DNA of 64,000 nt from Bacteroides sp. (GCA_022648295.1 JALCME010000018.1:36626-100625); one strand, 5' to 3'; counted from the first letter of the stretch, positions 1 through 10,182 are shown. Numbers and translations are program-made. The notes: generated from the letters alone by a model not told the origin.

Positions 1-894
1 TCCCCAACCACGTTCTGAGTTAGTCTGCTCATAGTTAATCTCCCATATAGACTCATCGCACCATTCACCTGTTGTCTCCCAAATATCAGCATAATTGGGG
101 TTTAATGAATAACCGGGAGCACCTATAATCTCCTTCATATACCCAAGAGCTTTTGAAAAACGACTCTCATCATTTTTATACATCACCATCTCAGCATACA
201 TCATATAAGCCATAGCTTGCGTCACGCGCCCCAACTGACCTTCGTCATTGTTACCTTTTGCATCTTTGTAATATTTCATCGGCAATACTTTAGAATCTAT
301 TACCGCTTCCAGTTCTACGATTAGCTTATCATAAACCTCATCGGCCTTCAACTGTGGTGCTGTATAGGGAGGTTTTGATAGGTTTTCGAGATAGAAAGGT
401 ACGTTACCAAAGTAATGCCACAACATGTTATAGTAGAATACACGAAGACAGCGTGCTTGCATTTCATAGCTGTTGCGATTGTCTTGTGTAAGATCTTTAC
501 CCCAATCAAGATATTTCAATAAATCATTACAACGTTTAACTCCAGAGTAGTCTACTGTCCACAACGAGCTGAGCGTATTATTTTCATCACCTTCGTAGTT
601 AAACAACTTGTGCCAGTTTTGCATATCAGTTTTATTAGATCCTCCTACCCAAAAGTTATCACCCATAATTTCAGCATCAATATTGAGAGCATTGTACTGT
701 CCCAACCCCCAATCTGCCCAATGAATAGGATCATAAGCAGCAATCAGTGCCTCTTGAATGTGCGCATCTGTCGTATAATATTCTTCCAAAGGATCACCAG
801 TCGGATGGTCTAGAGTAATGAAACTGTCGCTGCAACTAGTGGTAAACATAATAGCAGCGGTAAGAAAGCCCATAGTTAATATATTTGTCTTCAT
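1..894 (-). CDS. SusD/RagB-family nutrient-binding outer-membrane lipoprotein (N-terminal part; 3' end lies beyond the window start)
   Basis: Absent from the ORF track because it runs off the window. My reverse-strand translation from the ATG (complement of 892-894) gives MKTNILTMGFLTAAIMFTTSCSDSFITLDHPTGDPLEEYY..., a signal peptide plus lipobox Cys followed by SusD-like helical sequence. It lies 22 bp downstream of a SusC-type gene on the same strand. Confidence 0.8.
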   Translation of the reverse strand, partial: MKTNILTMGFLTAAIMFTTSCSDSFITLDHPTGDPLEEYYTTDAHIQEALIAAYDPIHWADWGLGQYNALNIDAEIMGDNFWVGGSNKTDMQNWHKLFNYEGDENNTLSSLWTVDYSGVKRCNDLLKYLDWGKDLTQDNRNSYEMQARCLRVFYYNMLWHYFGNVPFYLENLSKPPYTAPQLKADEVYDKLIVELEAVIDSKVLPMKYYKDAKGNNDEGQLGRVTQAMAYMMYAEMVMYKNDESRFSKALGYMKEIIGAPGYSLNPNYADIWETTGEWCDESIWEINYEQTNSERGWG

Positions 895-916
895 ATTATT
901 TCTTATTTTTTTTGAG

Positions 917-3900
917 TTAGAAAGAGACGTTTACACCTACTGTATAAGTACGAGCTTGCGGATAAACACCACGATCAATGCCAAGCGAAGTGCCACCTGA
1001 AGAAATTTCAGGATCAAAGCCCCAATACTTTGTCCAGGTCAGTAAATTTTCGGTTTGAACATAGAAACGCAAACGTTCGATGGTGAGTTTGCGGGTCAGG
1101 TTTTTAGGTAAAGTATAGCCCAGTGTTATGTTTTTGAGGCGAAGGTATGAGCCATCGGAAACATAAAGGTCGGACACCATCCAGTTAGTAGCATCACCAG
1201 TAGCCAAGCGAGGATACTTATTGGAAGTTCCCTCACCGGTCCAACGTCGAAGCATCCAAGAAGGATAGTTTCCTGAAAAAACATCTGGACGATATGTTCC
1301 ATCAAAGACATCTGCACCCACTACACCTTGGAAGAAAATATTAAAATCGAAACCTTTCCAATCTACATTAAGATTTAACCCGAGAGTCCAATCAGGAGTG
1401 CCATTACCAATGTTAGTACGGTCGCTAGAAGAAAACTGTCCATCGCCGTTTACATCTACAAAACGTGTGTCACCGGGGACTGCATTCGGCATAATCATAT
1501 TACCATCTTTGTTCAGATAAGCATGAACCTCATCCATGTTTTGAAATACACCGTCTGTTTTATAACCAAAGAAGAAGGGAAAAGGCTGACCATTTTGTCC
1601 ACGAGTACCACCACCTGCAAGTCCCTGAATTCCATCTAAATCAGTATATCCAGTTGTGTTACCTAGATTCTTCAACTTATTCTTAAGATAGGTAGCATTG
1701 CCCTTGAATCCAAAATGGGCATCAGAAACATTCCATTTATAACCAAGTTCAAATTCAAAGCCACTATTCTCCATATCTCCCACATTACCAAGAGGTTTAT
1801 TTTCTCCCACATAGCTTGGGATAGGCATCCTAATAATCATTCCATTGGTCTTCTTGATATAATAATCTACACTAAATGTCAATGCATTATTCAAGAAGCC
1901 CAAATCAACACCCACATTAGTCTGTTCACTCTCCTCCCATTTTAAATCGGGGTTAGACAAACTCTCAGCTTTAGAACCTGTAAACTTGGTTGCATTTTTA
2001 CCAAAGAGTACGTTATTCCCCATAGAAGTAAACGCAGTATACCCAAAATCTGGAATGTTATCATTACCATTCTTACCCCAACTGACACGTAGCTTCAAAT
2101 TAGAGAGCCAGTCACGCATATCGGACATAAATTCTTCATTCATCACATTCCAACCCGCAGATGCAGAAGGAAAGACACCATACTTATTATTCGAGCCGAA
2201 TCGACTGGAACCATCGCGACGTACCGTAGCTTGAAACATGTAGCGTTCAGCATAATTGTAGCTCATACGAGCAAAGAGCGAAGCCATTGTGTGCTCAACA
2301 AAAGGGGTTCCATAGACACCATATTGAACAGTTGCACCGGTAATGTTTCCATCTTCATCTTTAACATATTCGATATTACCAGTACTATAGTTAATAGAAG
2401 GTTTATTAGGATTTACCAAATTCCAACGACTTCCCCCCAACTTATCACCTTTAGTCTTGAGTGCAGACTGTCCTAACACCACGCCAAAGCTATGTTTACC
2501 AATAATCTTATCATAAGTTAAAGTATTTTCAATCTGCCAAGTTACATTTTGTGATTTCTCAGAACTAGCACTCGTATGTTCTGCCTTATTGTTTGCAGAA
2601 AGGTAATAACGTGCTTTTGTTGCAGCATCATTGCCCCAAAAGCCCATATCAGCGCTATAACTAAAGTGGTATTTCAAATTATCCCACAACTGCAAATCAA
2701 AAGTAAACTTGGGGACAAATTTATGTGACCAGTACTTCGTAGGATTCAGTGTCATCATAGCCAATGGGTTATTCATTTCTTGATAACTGCCTCCATCACC
2801 TGGAATTGTATAAGGATTACCAGATTTGTCACGAGGCAAGTCATATGTAGAATATTTATTTATCAACGCTTCGGCCGGATCCCCAATAAGCGTAGGAGTC
2901 AGAATGGGAGACAAATAAAGAGCGGAGCCCAAGGCTGAGCCAAATTCTGAGTTGGTAGAAATACCCGTGGAATGTGTACGCATATAAGCTATATTAACAC
3001 CCAAATCTAATTTATTGAGGAAATTACGTTCTTTAGAAGCATCAATTAAGTTGTACTGCGTATTTGAACGAATAGTCAAACGATCATAATTGGATTGACC
3101 ATAATTACCACCCACAATACCGTCTTGAGTAAAGTATCCTAAAGAGAGATAGTAGTTCACCTTTTCAGATGCACCACTAATTGAAATATCATGATTCACT
3201 ACGGGAGCATTATCATTGAAAAGAAGTTCTTGCCAATCCGTACCGAATCCCTTAATATCATTTCCCATAGCATCTTTCAAATGGTAAGGATCGGCATAAA
3301 TAGGAGCCTGACCACCATTCACAGACTTTTCGTTCTGCAGGATGGCATAATCTGTAGCACTTGTCACATCACGTTTCTTCCAAGCACTCTGCCAACCATA
3401 AGAGAAATTATAACCGATGTTAACCTTTCCCATCTTACCCTTCTTAGTTGTTACAAGAATAACTCCATTGGCGGCACGTGCACCATAGATCGCACCGGAA
3501 GCAGCATCTTTCAGTACTTCAATAGATTCAATATCATTGGGATTCACAAAGTCAAGGCCTCCTCCAATAGGCATACCATCTACAATGTAAAGCGGATCAC
3601 TATTATTTATAGTACCTATACCACGTACGCGTACACGAGGAGCATCACCAGGCTGACCGGAAGCAGAAGTCACATCTACACCGGCAGCCAAACCTTTCAA
3701 CGCATTATCCATACGAATAGGAGCCTTTCCCTGCAAATCATCAGCAGACACTTTTGCTATTGCCGCTGTTACCACACTTTTCTTCTGAACACCATATCCA
3801 ACAACAACAACTTCATCCAGAGCTTCAGTATCCTCATTCAATACGATTTTAAAACTACGCTTTCCATTTACTGGAATCTCTTGCGGCTTAAATCCTATAT

Positions 3901-4123
3901 AAGAAATAGAGAGAACCGCATTGGATGGTACCGTCAAGGTAAACCCGCCATTCAAATCAGTAATTGTACCGATGGAGGCGTTCCCCTTCACCACCACATT
4001 TACTCCCGGCAACGGTTCATTATCCGAACCGCCAACCACAGTACCTTTTACCTGTACATTTTGAGCATATACAGAAGCCAAGGTAAAGCTTAATAAAAAT
4101 AAAACAGATAATAACTTTTTCAT
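917..4123 (-). CDS. SusC-family TonB-dependent outer-membrane transporter
   Basis: The track ORF 917..4177 opens on a TTG. The first ATG (4123) gives the signal peptide MKKLLSVLFLLSFTLASVYAQ. It has a carboxypeptidase-regulatory-like N-domain (VKGTVVGGSDNEPLPGVNVVVKG), a TonB-box/plug region (DEVVVVGYG) and a barrel ending ..VGVNVSF. It is followed by a SusD gene. Confidence 0.93.
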   Translation of the reverse strand: MKKLLSVLFLLSFTLASVYAQNVQVKGTVVGGSDNEPLPGVNVVVKGNASIGTITDLNGGFTLTVPSNAVLSISYIGFKPQEIPVNGKRSFKIVLNEDTEALDEVVVVGYGVQKKSVVTAAIAKVSADDLQGKAPIRMDNALKGLAAGVDVTSASGQPGDAPRVRVRGIGTINNSDPLYIVDGMPIGGGLDFVNPNDIESIEVLKDAASGAIYGARAANGVILVTTKKGKMGKVNIGYNFSYGWQSAWKKRDVTSATDYAILQNEKSVNGGQAPIYADPYHLKDAMGNDIKGFGTDWQELLFNDNAPVVNHDISISGASEKVNYYLSLGYFTQDGIVGGNYGQSNYDRLTIRSNTQYNLIDASKERNFLNKLDLGVNIAYMRTHSTGISTNSEFGSALGSALYLSPILTPTLIGDPAEALINKYSTYDLPRDKSGNPYTIPGDGGSYQEMNNPLAMMTLNPTKYWSHKFVPKFTFDLQLWDNLKYHFSYSADMGFWGNDAATKARYYLSANNKAEHTSASSEKSQNVTWQIENTLTYDKIIGKHSFGVVLGQSALKTKGDKLGGSRWNLVNPNKPSINYSTGNIEYVKDEDGNITGATVQYGVYGTPFVEHTMASLFARMSYNYAERYMFQATVRRDGSSRFGSNNKYGVFPSASAGWNVMNEEFMSDMRDWLSNLKLRVSWGKNGNDNIPDFGYTAFTSMGNNVLFGKNATKFTGSKAESLSNPDLKWEESEQTNVGVDLGFLNNALTFSVDYYIKKTNGMIIRMPIPSYVGENKPLGNVGDMENSGFEFELGYKWNVSDAHFGFKGNATYLKNKLKNLGNTTGYTDLDGIQGLAGGGTRGQNGQPFPFFFGYKTDGVFQNMDEVHAYLNKDGNMIMPNAVPGDTRFVDVNGDGQFSSSDRTNIGNGTPDWTLGLNLNVDWKGFDFNIFFQGVVGADVFDGTYRPDVFSGNYPSWMLRRWTGEGTSNKYPRLATGDATNWMVSDLYVSDGSYLRLKNITLGYTLPKNLTRKLTIERLRFYVQTENLLTWTKYWGFDPEISSGGTSLGIDRGVYPQARTYTVGVNVSF

Positions 4124-4179
4124 AAGTCTTACTAAATTAAGATTAACAACTCTCAGTTTTGTTCCTATGCAGAACAATG

Positions 4180-4187
4180 CAAACTTA
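4180..4187 (-). promoter_or_regulatory. Bacteroides-type -7 promoter box (TAAGTTTG) for the SusC/SusD operon
   Basis: The reverse complement of caaactta matches the TAnnTTTG consensus. It lies 57 bp upstream of ATG 4123 and downstream of the TTG at 4177, which supports the shorter start. Confidence 0.45.
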
Positions 4188-4437
4188 GCAGATCAGTTAA
4201 TATTATAAAAATAACAAACCATTCTTTAATACGCCAAATATCTAATATGAATACGCTATCAATACGTCATTATAATATAAATATCTAATAATCAAAGAAT
4301 AAGTATTACTTTATACTTATACGTCATTGCATGTTTAAAAGCATAAAAAGGATAAAAGACAAAATAGGATTGAAAGACGAGAAGGCGGATTTACCTGAGT
4401 AGTATCACTCAAACAAACAAACCTTACATAAAAAAGA

Positions 4438-6669
4438 TTAGCGGTTAAACAACTCGAAAGTAAACTTGCAGCCTATTTCCTGATATTTCCAATTGGCAAA
4501 ACTAACAAAAGCCCCAAAGTCGAAAAGATTAGTACCTATACCATAACCAGCCTCAATATAAGGTTTCAAATGAGGGACAGCCAATGCATTTAAATAAAAG
4601 CGTTCATTCAAAACATATTGGGTATACTTTTTTAAATGGCGAATTAAAAAGAAAGGCGCCTCATACATCAAATGTCCGCGAATATATTTCCGGGAAGAGT
4701 TATACCAGCGACCGTCCAACAACTGGAAAACGCCCCCTATTTCATCGTTCCATCCAATAGGAAGATTAGAACGGGTAAAATTGGCAAAATCAACAAAGAA
4801 CATTTCTTTCTGATTGGTAAAAGCTCCCCAGCCGAAACGATAGTAAAAATGCCTCATAAGCCCTAAAGGAACGCTATGCTGAACATCAAATTCAAAACGC
4901 TCATATTTCCCCGTACTATTAAAGACTCCACTAACCCCACGTTCCCAATCTATTGAGAGTGTAGGATATTTAGAATAAAGATTAACCTTTCTCTTACCAT
5001 TCATATAGTAATATTGACCTGGAGTCCAGGAAAGACTGGCACGGGGAGCAAAACTATTATACGTATGCCGCAACTGGTCTATAATATCGGAAGGAACATC
5101 ACTAGAAGACTTGGTAGGAGTAAAGTTAGAACGATTTACTTCTGTACGTTTATGCATGGCAAAACCGATATCCAAAGATAAGCCATTTACGATTTCCCAA
5201 CTATGCCGGAATTTGAAATATAAGTCATTAAAATAATCAAGATGTATCTGATTAAAATCAAAAATACTATCCGGTATACTCTTCAATTTGTCCAAAACAT
5301 CGCTACTGTATATCCGGTTACCATTACCTACACTAATATGTATGGAGGCATGCTTTTGCGGCCAATAGTCAAAGTCTGAATTAAAAGACCAATAGAATTC
5401 TTTCCTCTTAAAATTATATCCCAATTTAGGACGCACACGTAGCAAACGGTCACCAGGAAAAAGAACATTATATTTAAAGTCCTGTCGGTAAGCAAAACCA
5501 TTACTGCCACTATAGCTCAACAAAAACGGGTTAATCAACGGAGAAAAGCGAATACTCCCCATCTTAGAAAGATTCACCCTGTAATTATTGATCAAGGCAT
5601 CGCCTAACTGACCTCCTAATTCTATAATTTTATTTCTATGTTTTTTAAAACGGGCCAAGGTATCCAGATGCAAAAAGAAATCCTGATATAATTTCTGCTC
5701 ATCAAAAGAAAGAGGAATAGGACGTATCGTTTTAAAATAAGCCGTATCAAGCAAGCAATGACTCGTATCGCAACTTAAAGTATAAGAATCTGATAGATCA
5801 TATTCACTTTTTGTAGATTTAGGATGCACTAAGAATGATTTCTCCTGAATAATAGTTTTATAATTTAGTGCAGCAATATACTTACAATTAATCACATTAC
5901 CCAAAAAACGAAAGATCCCATTAGCATCATAATGAACTGGTAGAAATTCATCTGACTTGCCAACATCTCCCATACGCATCAAAAGATTAATGCGCAACAT
6001 TTCCGAATGACCGGAAAGCCGTATTTCACGTACACTCCATACATTCTCACTCACAACAAAATAACCACTTACCAGCTGAAAGCTTTTTGTCTTGGGAACA
6101 AAACTAATCTTATAGTTTAAGTTATGCGCTTCTCCCATTATAGAGTCAATGCGATAAGTATAATATTTCATAGCATTGGGTGCTAAAGGAGAAACGAATT
6201 TATCATACAGCAAAGAAGGAGAATATATATTTATATGGAAATATTCAGGCAAACGCCCATCCAGTTCCCAGAAGTCCGAAGATGTACCCATCTGGGCTTT
6301 AACCTTATGATCATAAACATTCGGTGCTGTAAAGTGTATATCACTATATACCTCCATCAAATACTTCCTGACTCCTTTCCTTAGTCGAAACATAGTAGGC
6401 ACATAATGAATAAGATGATTTTTCTTACGAATATCCACCTCTCCCTTCACATAGAGTTCTGCATTATACTCACTAATAATCCGTTCATAAAAAGGAGCGA
6501 AAAAGAGGACTTTTGTCATAATTGAATCGGCAGGAGAACGACGATTTCCATGACGATAAGATATAGGAGTTGCCATCACTTCCAAATAAGTGAAAAACAA
6601 AGAACAAACAAGAAACACTATACGAATTATATATTTCAATGCCAATGTCTCCTTAATATATAGTGGCAA
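4438..6669 (-). CDS. Conserved hypothetical envelope protein, possibly DUF5686-like outer-membrane protein
   Basis: An uninterrupted 743-codon ORF that is aromatic-rich with a beta-strand-like alternation. The track start is a TTG overlapped by a TATATTTG box (6667-6674, minus strand). An alternative TTG at 6639 would give a cleaner signal peptide, MKYIIRIVFLVCSLFF. The family assignment is from memory only. Confidence 0.6.
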   Translation of the reverse strand: MPLYIKETLALKYIIRIVFLVCSLFFTYLEVMATPISYRHGNRRSPADSIMTKVLFFAPFYERIISEYNAELYVKGEVDIRKKNHLIHYVPTMFRLRKGVRKYLMEVYSDIHFTAPNVYDHKVKAQMGTSSDFWELDGRLPEYFHINIYSPSLLYDKFVSPLAPNAMKYYTYRIDSIMGEAHNLNYKISFVPKTKSFQLVSGYFVVSENVWSVREIRLSGHSEMLRINLLMRMGDVGKSDEFLPVHYDANGIFRFLGNVINCKYIAALNYKTIIQEKSFLVHPKSTKSEYDLSDSYTLSCDTSHCLLDTAYFKTIRPIPLSFDEQKLYQDFFLHLDTLARFKKHRNKIIELGGQLGDALINNYRVNLSKMGSIRFSPLINPFLLSYSGSNGFAYRQDFKYNVLFPGDRLLRVRPKLGYNFKRKEFYWSFNSDFDYWPQKHASIHISVGNGNRIYSSDVLDKLKSIPDSIFDFNQIHLDYFNDLYFKFRHSWEIVNGLSLDIGFAMHKRTEVNRSNFTPTKSSSDVPSDIIDQLRHTYNSFAPRASLSWTPGQYYYMNGKRKVNLYSKYPTLSIDWERGVSGVFNSTGKYERFEFDVQHSVPLGLMRHFYYRFGWGAFTNQKEMFFVDFANFTRSNLPIGWNDEIGGVFQLLDGRWYNSSRKYIRGHLMYEAPFFLIRHLKKYTQYVLNERFYLNALAVPHLKPYIEAGYGIGTNLFDFGAFVSFANWKYQEIGCKFTFELFNR

Positions 6670-6833
6670 ATATAGAAAAAATGACTGTAAAACAAAGCAG
6701 TTACTATTTTAAAATTCAAATTCACAATATAATAGCTCACCTGATACCAATAGATTTTACTTTAATATTAAAATAGAAGATAATAATAGTTTAGTTTCCT
6801 CCAATCCATAAAGAAGCACAAAGACATTCTCAC

Positions 6834-6855
6834 TTTACTAACATAATTTAGTAAA
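6834..6855. promoter_or_regulatory. 22-bp palindrome TTTACTAA-N6-TTAGTAAA, candidate Crp/Fnr-type operator
   Basis: A perfect 8-bp inverted repeat with a 6-bp spacer, about 60 bp upstream of the -7 box of the Crp/Fnr-family gene. The geometry matches the 22-bp two-fold sites of this regulator family. Confidence 0.3.
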
Positions 6856-6913
6856 ATCACCGTTGTAGGTATATCTTTTCCATGCTTATGTACAAAAATT
6901 AATTTTTTCTTCA

Positions 6914-6921
6914 TACATTTG
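6914..6921 (+). promoter_or_regulatory. -7 promoter box TACATTTG
   Basis: Matches TAnnTTTG, 29 bp upstream of ATG 6950. Confidence 0.5.
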
Positions 6922-6949
6922 TGCTGTATAACACCGTTTTGCAGCAGTT

Positions 6950-7651
6950 ATGGTAAAAATGAACTTATCAGACATAAATGTTCCGGAGTTAATTGCCGAT
7001 ATGTGGGAACCTTTAAATGAAGAACAGCGAGAATTTCTCGCTAATAACTTCATACTCCAAAACTATAAAAAAAACGAAATACTCTATTGCGAAGGTGAAA
7101 CACCCAAATACTTGATGTGCCTTCTAAGTGGAAAAGTCAAAATCTATAAAGACGGCGTCGGAGGAAGAAGCCAAATCATCCGCATGATCAAGCCTGTGGA
7201 ATATTTCGGTTATCGCGCATATTTTGCTAAAGAGGACTATGTCACTGCAGCCGCAGCTTTCGAACCTTCCATTGTCTGCCTGATACCCATGAATGCCATT
7301 ACTACATTAGTCGCTCAAAACAATAATTTATCTCTTTTCTTCGTCAAGCAGTTGTCTGTCGATTTAGGAATAGCAGACGAACGCACAGTGAACCTTACTC
7401 AGAAACATATCCGTGGTCGTTTGGCAGAATCACTTCTCGTTCTTAAAGAAAGTTATGGACTAGAAGAAGACGGATCTACTCTCAGTATCTATCTCTCTCG
7501 GGAAGATTTGGCAAATCTATCAAATATGACAACATCCAATGCCATCCGTACACTATCTAACTTTGCTACGGAACGCTTAATTACAATTGACGGTCGAAAA
7601 ATTAAAATCATCGATGAAGAAAAGCTAAAAAGGATCAGCAAGATAGGATAA
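6950..7651 (+). CDS. Crp/Fnr-family transcriptional regulator (cNMP-binding domain plus C-terminal HTH)
   Basis: 233 aa. The N-terminal beta-roll pattern (LYCEGETPKYLMCLLSGKVKIYK..GGRSQIIRMIKPVEYFGYRAYF) and the C-terminal HTH (SREDLANLSNMTTSNAIRTLSNF) are typical of the family. Confidence 0.85.
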   Translation: MVKMNLSDINVPELIADMWEPLNEEQREFLANNFILQNYKKNEILYCEGETPKYLMCLLSGKVKIYKDGVGGRSQIIRMIKPVEYFGYRAYFAKEDYVTAAAAFEPSIVCLIPMNAITTLVAQNNNLSLFFVKQLSVDLGIADERTVNLTQKHIRGRLAESLLVLKESYGLEEDGSTLSIYLSREDLANLSNMTTSNAIRTLSNFATERLITIDGRKIKIIDEEKLKRISKIG

Positions 7652-7724
7652 TATAAAGTTCCATCCCCCACACCCGGAACCACCCTCCCTTTTAAATCAA
7701 TTTATTATTTAACACCTGAAAATC

Positions 7725-10169
7725 ATGAAAAAAGAATTAAACTTCCTCCTTTTAATCAGTGTACTATTGTGCTTTACCGGTTGTCAACAAACCACCAAAG
7801 GCAAAATGAATGTGTATAATATCATTCCTATGCCCAACCAGCTGACTCCCCGGGAAGGGCGCTTTCAACTGAATGACAAAGTGAGTATGATTACTTCCGG
7901 CTGTACGCCAAAAGTTAAAGCCATAGCCGACAGCCTGATAACCCGCCTTCAATTAACTTCGGGAATCACTTTACAATATACCAACAAGGAACATGCCGAC
8001 CTGCCGGCTATTCGTTTCATCACAGCAGACGATATGTCCAAAGAAGCTTATAAGCTGTCCATTACCCCCAATGAGATCATCTTAACTGCTTCCCAAGCCA
8101 ATGGATTTTTCTACGGAATACAATCCATTTATCAACTACTACCTCCTGAAATCTATGGCAAGACGAAAGCAAGGCACGCAGACTGGTCACTTCCGGCTGT
8201 TGAAATAGAAGATGCTCCAAACTTTGCTTACCGGGGATTGATGCTGGATGTTTGCCGTCATTTCTCTTCCGTTGACTATGTTTATAAGTTTATAGACATG
8301 CTCGCTATGCACAAAATGAATACTTTCCATTGGCATTTAACTGACGATCAGGGTTGGCGGATTGAAATAAAGAAGTACCCCAAATTGACAGAGATAGGCT
8401 CAAAAAGAAAAGAATCATTGGTGGGCTATTACTACACCAACTGGCCGCAAATTTTTGATGGGAAAGAGCATGGAGGATACTATACCCAAGAAGAGATTAA
8501 AAAGATAGTAGCTTATGCAGCAAATAAATACATCACTGTTATACCGGAAATTGAAATGCCGGGACATGCTTTAGCAGCAATAGCTTCTTACCCCGAGCTC
8601 TCCTGTACTCCAAACAGCACTTATGCTGTTACGGGAACATGGGGCGTATTTGAACAGGTCTATTGTCCAAAGGACGAAACATTCACTTTCTTGGAAGGAG
8701 TCTTGGATGAAGTGATGAAGCTCTTTCCTAGTAAATACATCCATATTGGTGGGGATGAATGTCCTAAAACAGCATGGGAAAACAGTGCATATTGTCAGTC
8801 TCTGATTAAAAAGCTCGGTTTGAAAGATGACACCGCACCGAACGCTGTAGACGGACGGAAACATACTAAAGAAGAAAAGCTGCAAAGCTATTTCATCACA
8901 CGTATGGAAAAGTACCTCAACAGCAAAGGACGCAATATAATAGGATGGGATGAAATATTGGAAGGTGGCTTGGCTCCAAACGCCACAGTTATGTCATGGC
9001 GGGGAGTAGAAGGCGGCATCAATGCAGCAAAAGCCGGGCACGACGCCATCATGACTCCGGGTGCTTTTGTCTATCTGGATCACTATCAGGAAGATCCTGA
9101 AATAGCTCCCGTCACCATCGGGGGATATAATACATTAAAGAAAACCTATAGCTATAATCCTGTTCCCGATGAGGCAGATGAATTACTCAAAGAACATATC
9201 ATCGGCGTACAAGGTAATGTATGGACGGAATACATGCAAAACGACGAAAGACGCGACTATCAGGCATTCCCCCGTGCTGTAGCCATTGCCGAAACAGGAT
9301 GGACACAAAAACATATAAAGAATTGGGACAGTTTCCGTCAACGCATGGTGGAAGACTTTGAGCGTATGAATATAATGAATGTAAAAGCATGTCGGAATTT
9401 CTTCGACGTAAACATCAATACGCATGTGTTCGGAGATACACTAAAAGCGGTACTGGAAACATTCTACCCGGATGCAACAATAAGATACACATTGGACGGT
9501 AGTAAACCAACCGCTAAATCCCAAGCATACACCGCACCTTTTGCATGGAAGGGAAAGATTGACTTGAAAACAGCTGTTTTCAGAAACGGGAAGATGGTCG
9601 GTAGCATCAGACAAAAGTCACTGTACGCTAATCTCATTAGCGGGAAACAATATACAACAACTCCTCACTGCGGCTGGATGAACGGCGATATTTTCGGCAA
9701 AAACGATGTATTGGGTGCAGATACCACTACTTTGGGATTGACCAATGGCAAGCGGGGTAACATAGCATCATACACCCCGTGGGTATCTTTCAACCTAAAT
9801 GAGAAGTGCAATAATGAAATGACATTCAGCGTTGATTTACAACAGGAGACTACTATCAGCAAAGTAATTTACGGTTCACTGTATAACCCCGCTTTTCGCA
9901 TTCTTCCGGCAAGCAATGCAAAAGTACAAGTGTCTACCGATGGCAAAAACTATAAAGAGATAGGAAAGAAAGCATTTCTCCGTAAATATCCGGAACATGG
10001 CAGGAAAATGTTTACGGACACTCTGGAGTGTGAACCGTCTAAAGCAAGGTACGTCAAAATTACCATAAAGAGCGGAGGAACATTACGCAACGGAATAGAT
10101 TGTCGTAAAGACACGCCGGAAAGTATTATTCCATCTGACTTATATGTAGATGAAATAGAAGTATATTGA
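7725..10169 (+). CDS. GH20 beta-N-acetylhexosaminidase lipoprotein with C-terminal discoidin (F5/8 type C)-like domain
   Basis: Lipobox LLCFTGC. GH20 catalytic motifs HWHLTDDQGWR and IHIGGDECP. The C-terminal ~150 aa (..ARYVKITIKSGG..) is discoidin-like. Confidence 0.9.
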   Translation: MKKELNFLLLISVLLCFTGCQQTTKGKMNVYNIIPMPNQLTPREGRFQLNDKVSMITSGCTPKVKAIADSLITRLQLTSGITLQYTNKEHADLPAIRFITADDMSKEAYKLSITPNEIILTASQANGFFYGIQSIYQLLPPEIYGKTKARHADWSLPAVEIEDAPNFAYRGLMLDVCRHFSSVDYVYKFIDMLAMHKMNTFHWHLTDDQGWRIEIKKYPKLTEIGSKRKESLVGYYYTNWPQIFDGKEHGGYYTQEEIKKIVAYAANKYITVIPEIEMPGHALAAIASYPELSCTPNSTYAVTGTWGVFEQVYCPKDETFTFLEGVLDEVMKLFPSKYIHIGGDECPKTAWENSAYCQSLIKKLGLKDDTAPNAVDGRKHTKEEKLQSYFITRMEKYLNSKGRNIIGWDEILEGGLAPNATVMSWRGVEGGINAAKAGHDAIMTPGAFVYLDHYQEDPEIAPVTIGGYNTLKKTYSYNPVPDEADELLKEHIIGVQGNVWTEYMQNDERRDYQAFPRAVAIAETGWTQKHIKNWDSFRQRMVEDFERMNIMNVKACRNFFDVNINTHVFGDTLKAVLETFYPDATIRYTLDGSKPTAKSQAYTAPFAWKGKIDLKTAVFRNGKMVGSIRQKSLYANLISGKQYTTTPHCGWMNGDIFGKNDVLGADTTTLGLTNGKRGNIASYTPWVSFNLNEKCNNEMTFSVDLQQETTISKVIYGSLYNPAFRILPASNAKVQVSTDGKNYKEIGKKAFLRKYPEHGRKMFTDTLECEPSKARYVKITIKSGGTLRNGIDCRKDTPESIIPSDLYVDEIEVY

Positions 10170-10182
10170 TAATAATTATATA

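Noticed and set aside
3191-4093. 300-aa + strand ORF inside the SusC gene, with similar long antisense ORFs at 14484..15467, 13458..13901, 14016..14450, 48012..48512, 34218..34697, 10203..10601 and 32530..32970
   Set aside because: Each lies wholly inside a much longer opposite-strand ORF that has unmistakable family motifs. Their translations are low-complexity (I/R/S/T/F-rich) with no recognisable domain. This is typical antisense-frame noise.
4124-4177. N-terminal extensions proposed by the ORF track (4177 for SusC, 50900 for HTCS, 59792 for the esterase, 17432 for the NMO gene, 22408 for the beta-propeller gene)
   Set aside because: The first four open on TTG or GTG and add residues ahead of an obvious signal peptide or the first ATG. 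For SusC, the predicted -7 box lies downstream of the extended start. For the beta-propeller gene, the internal ATG gives a proper lipoprotein signal. I used the shorter coordinates.
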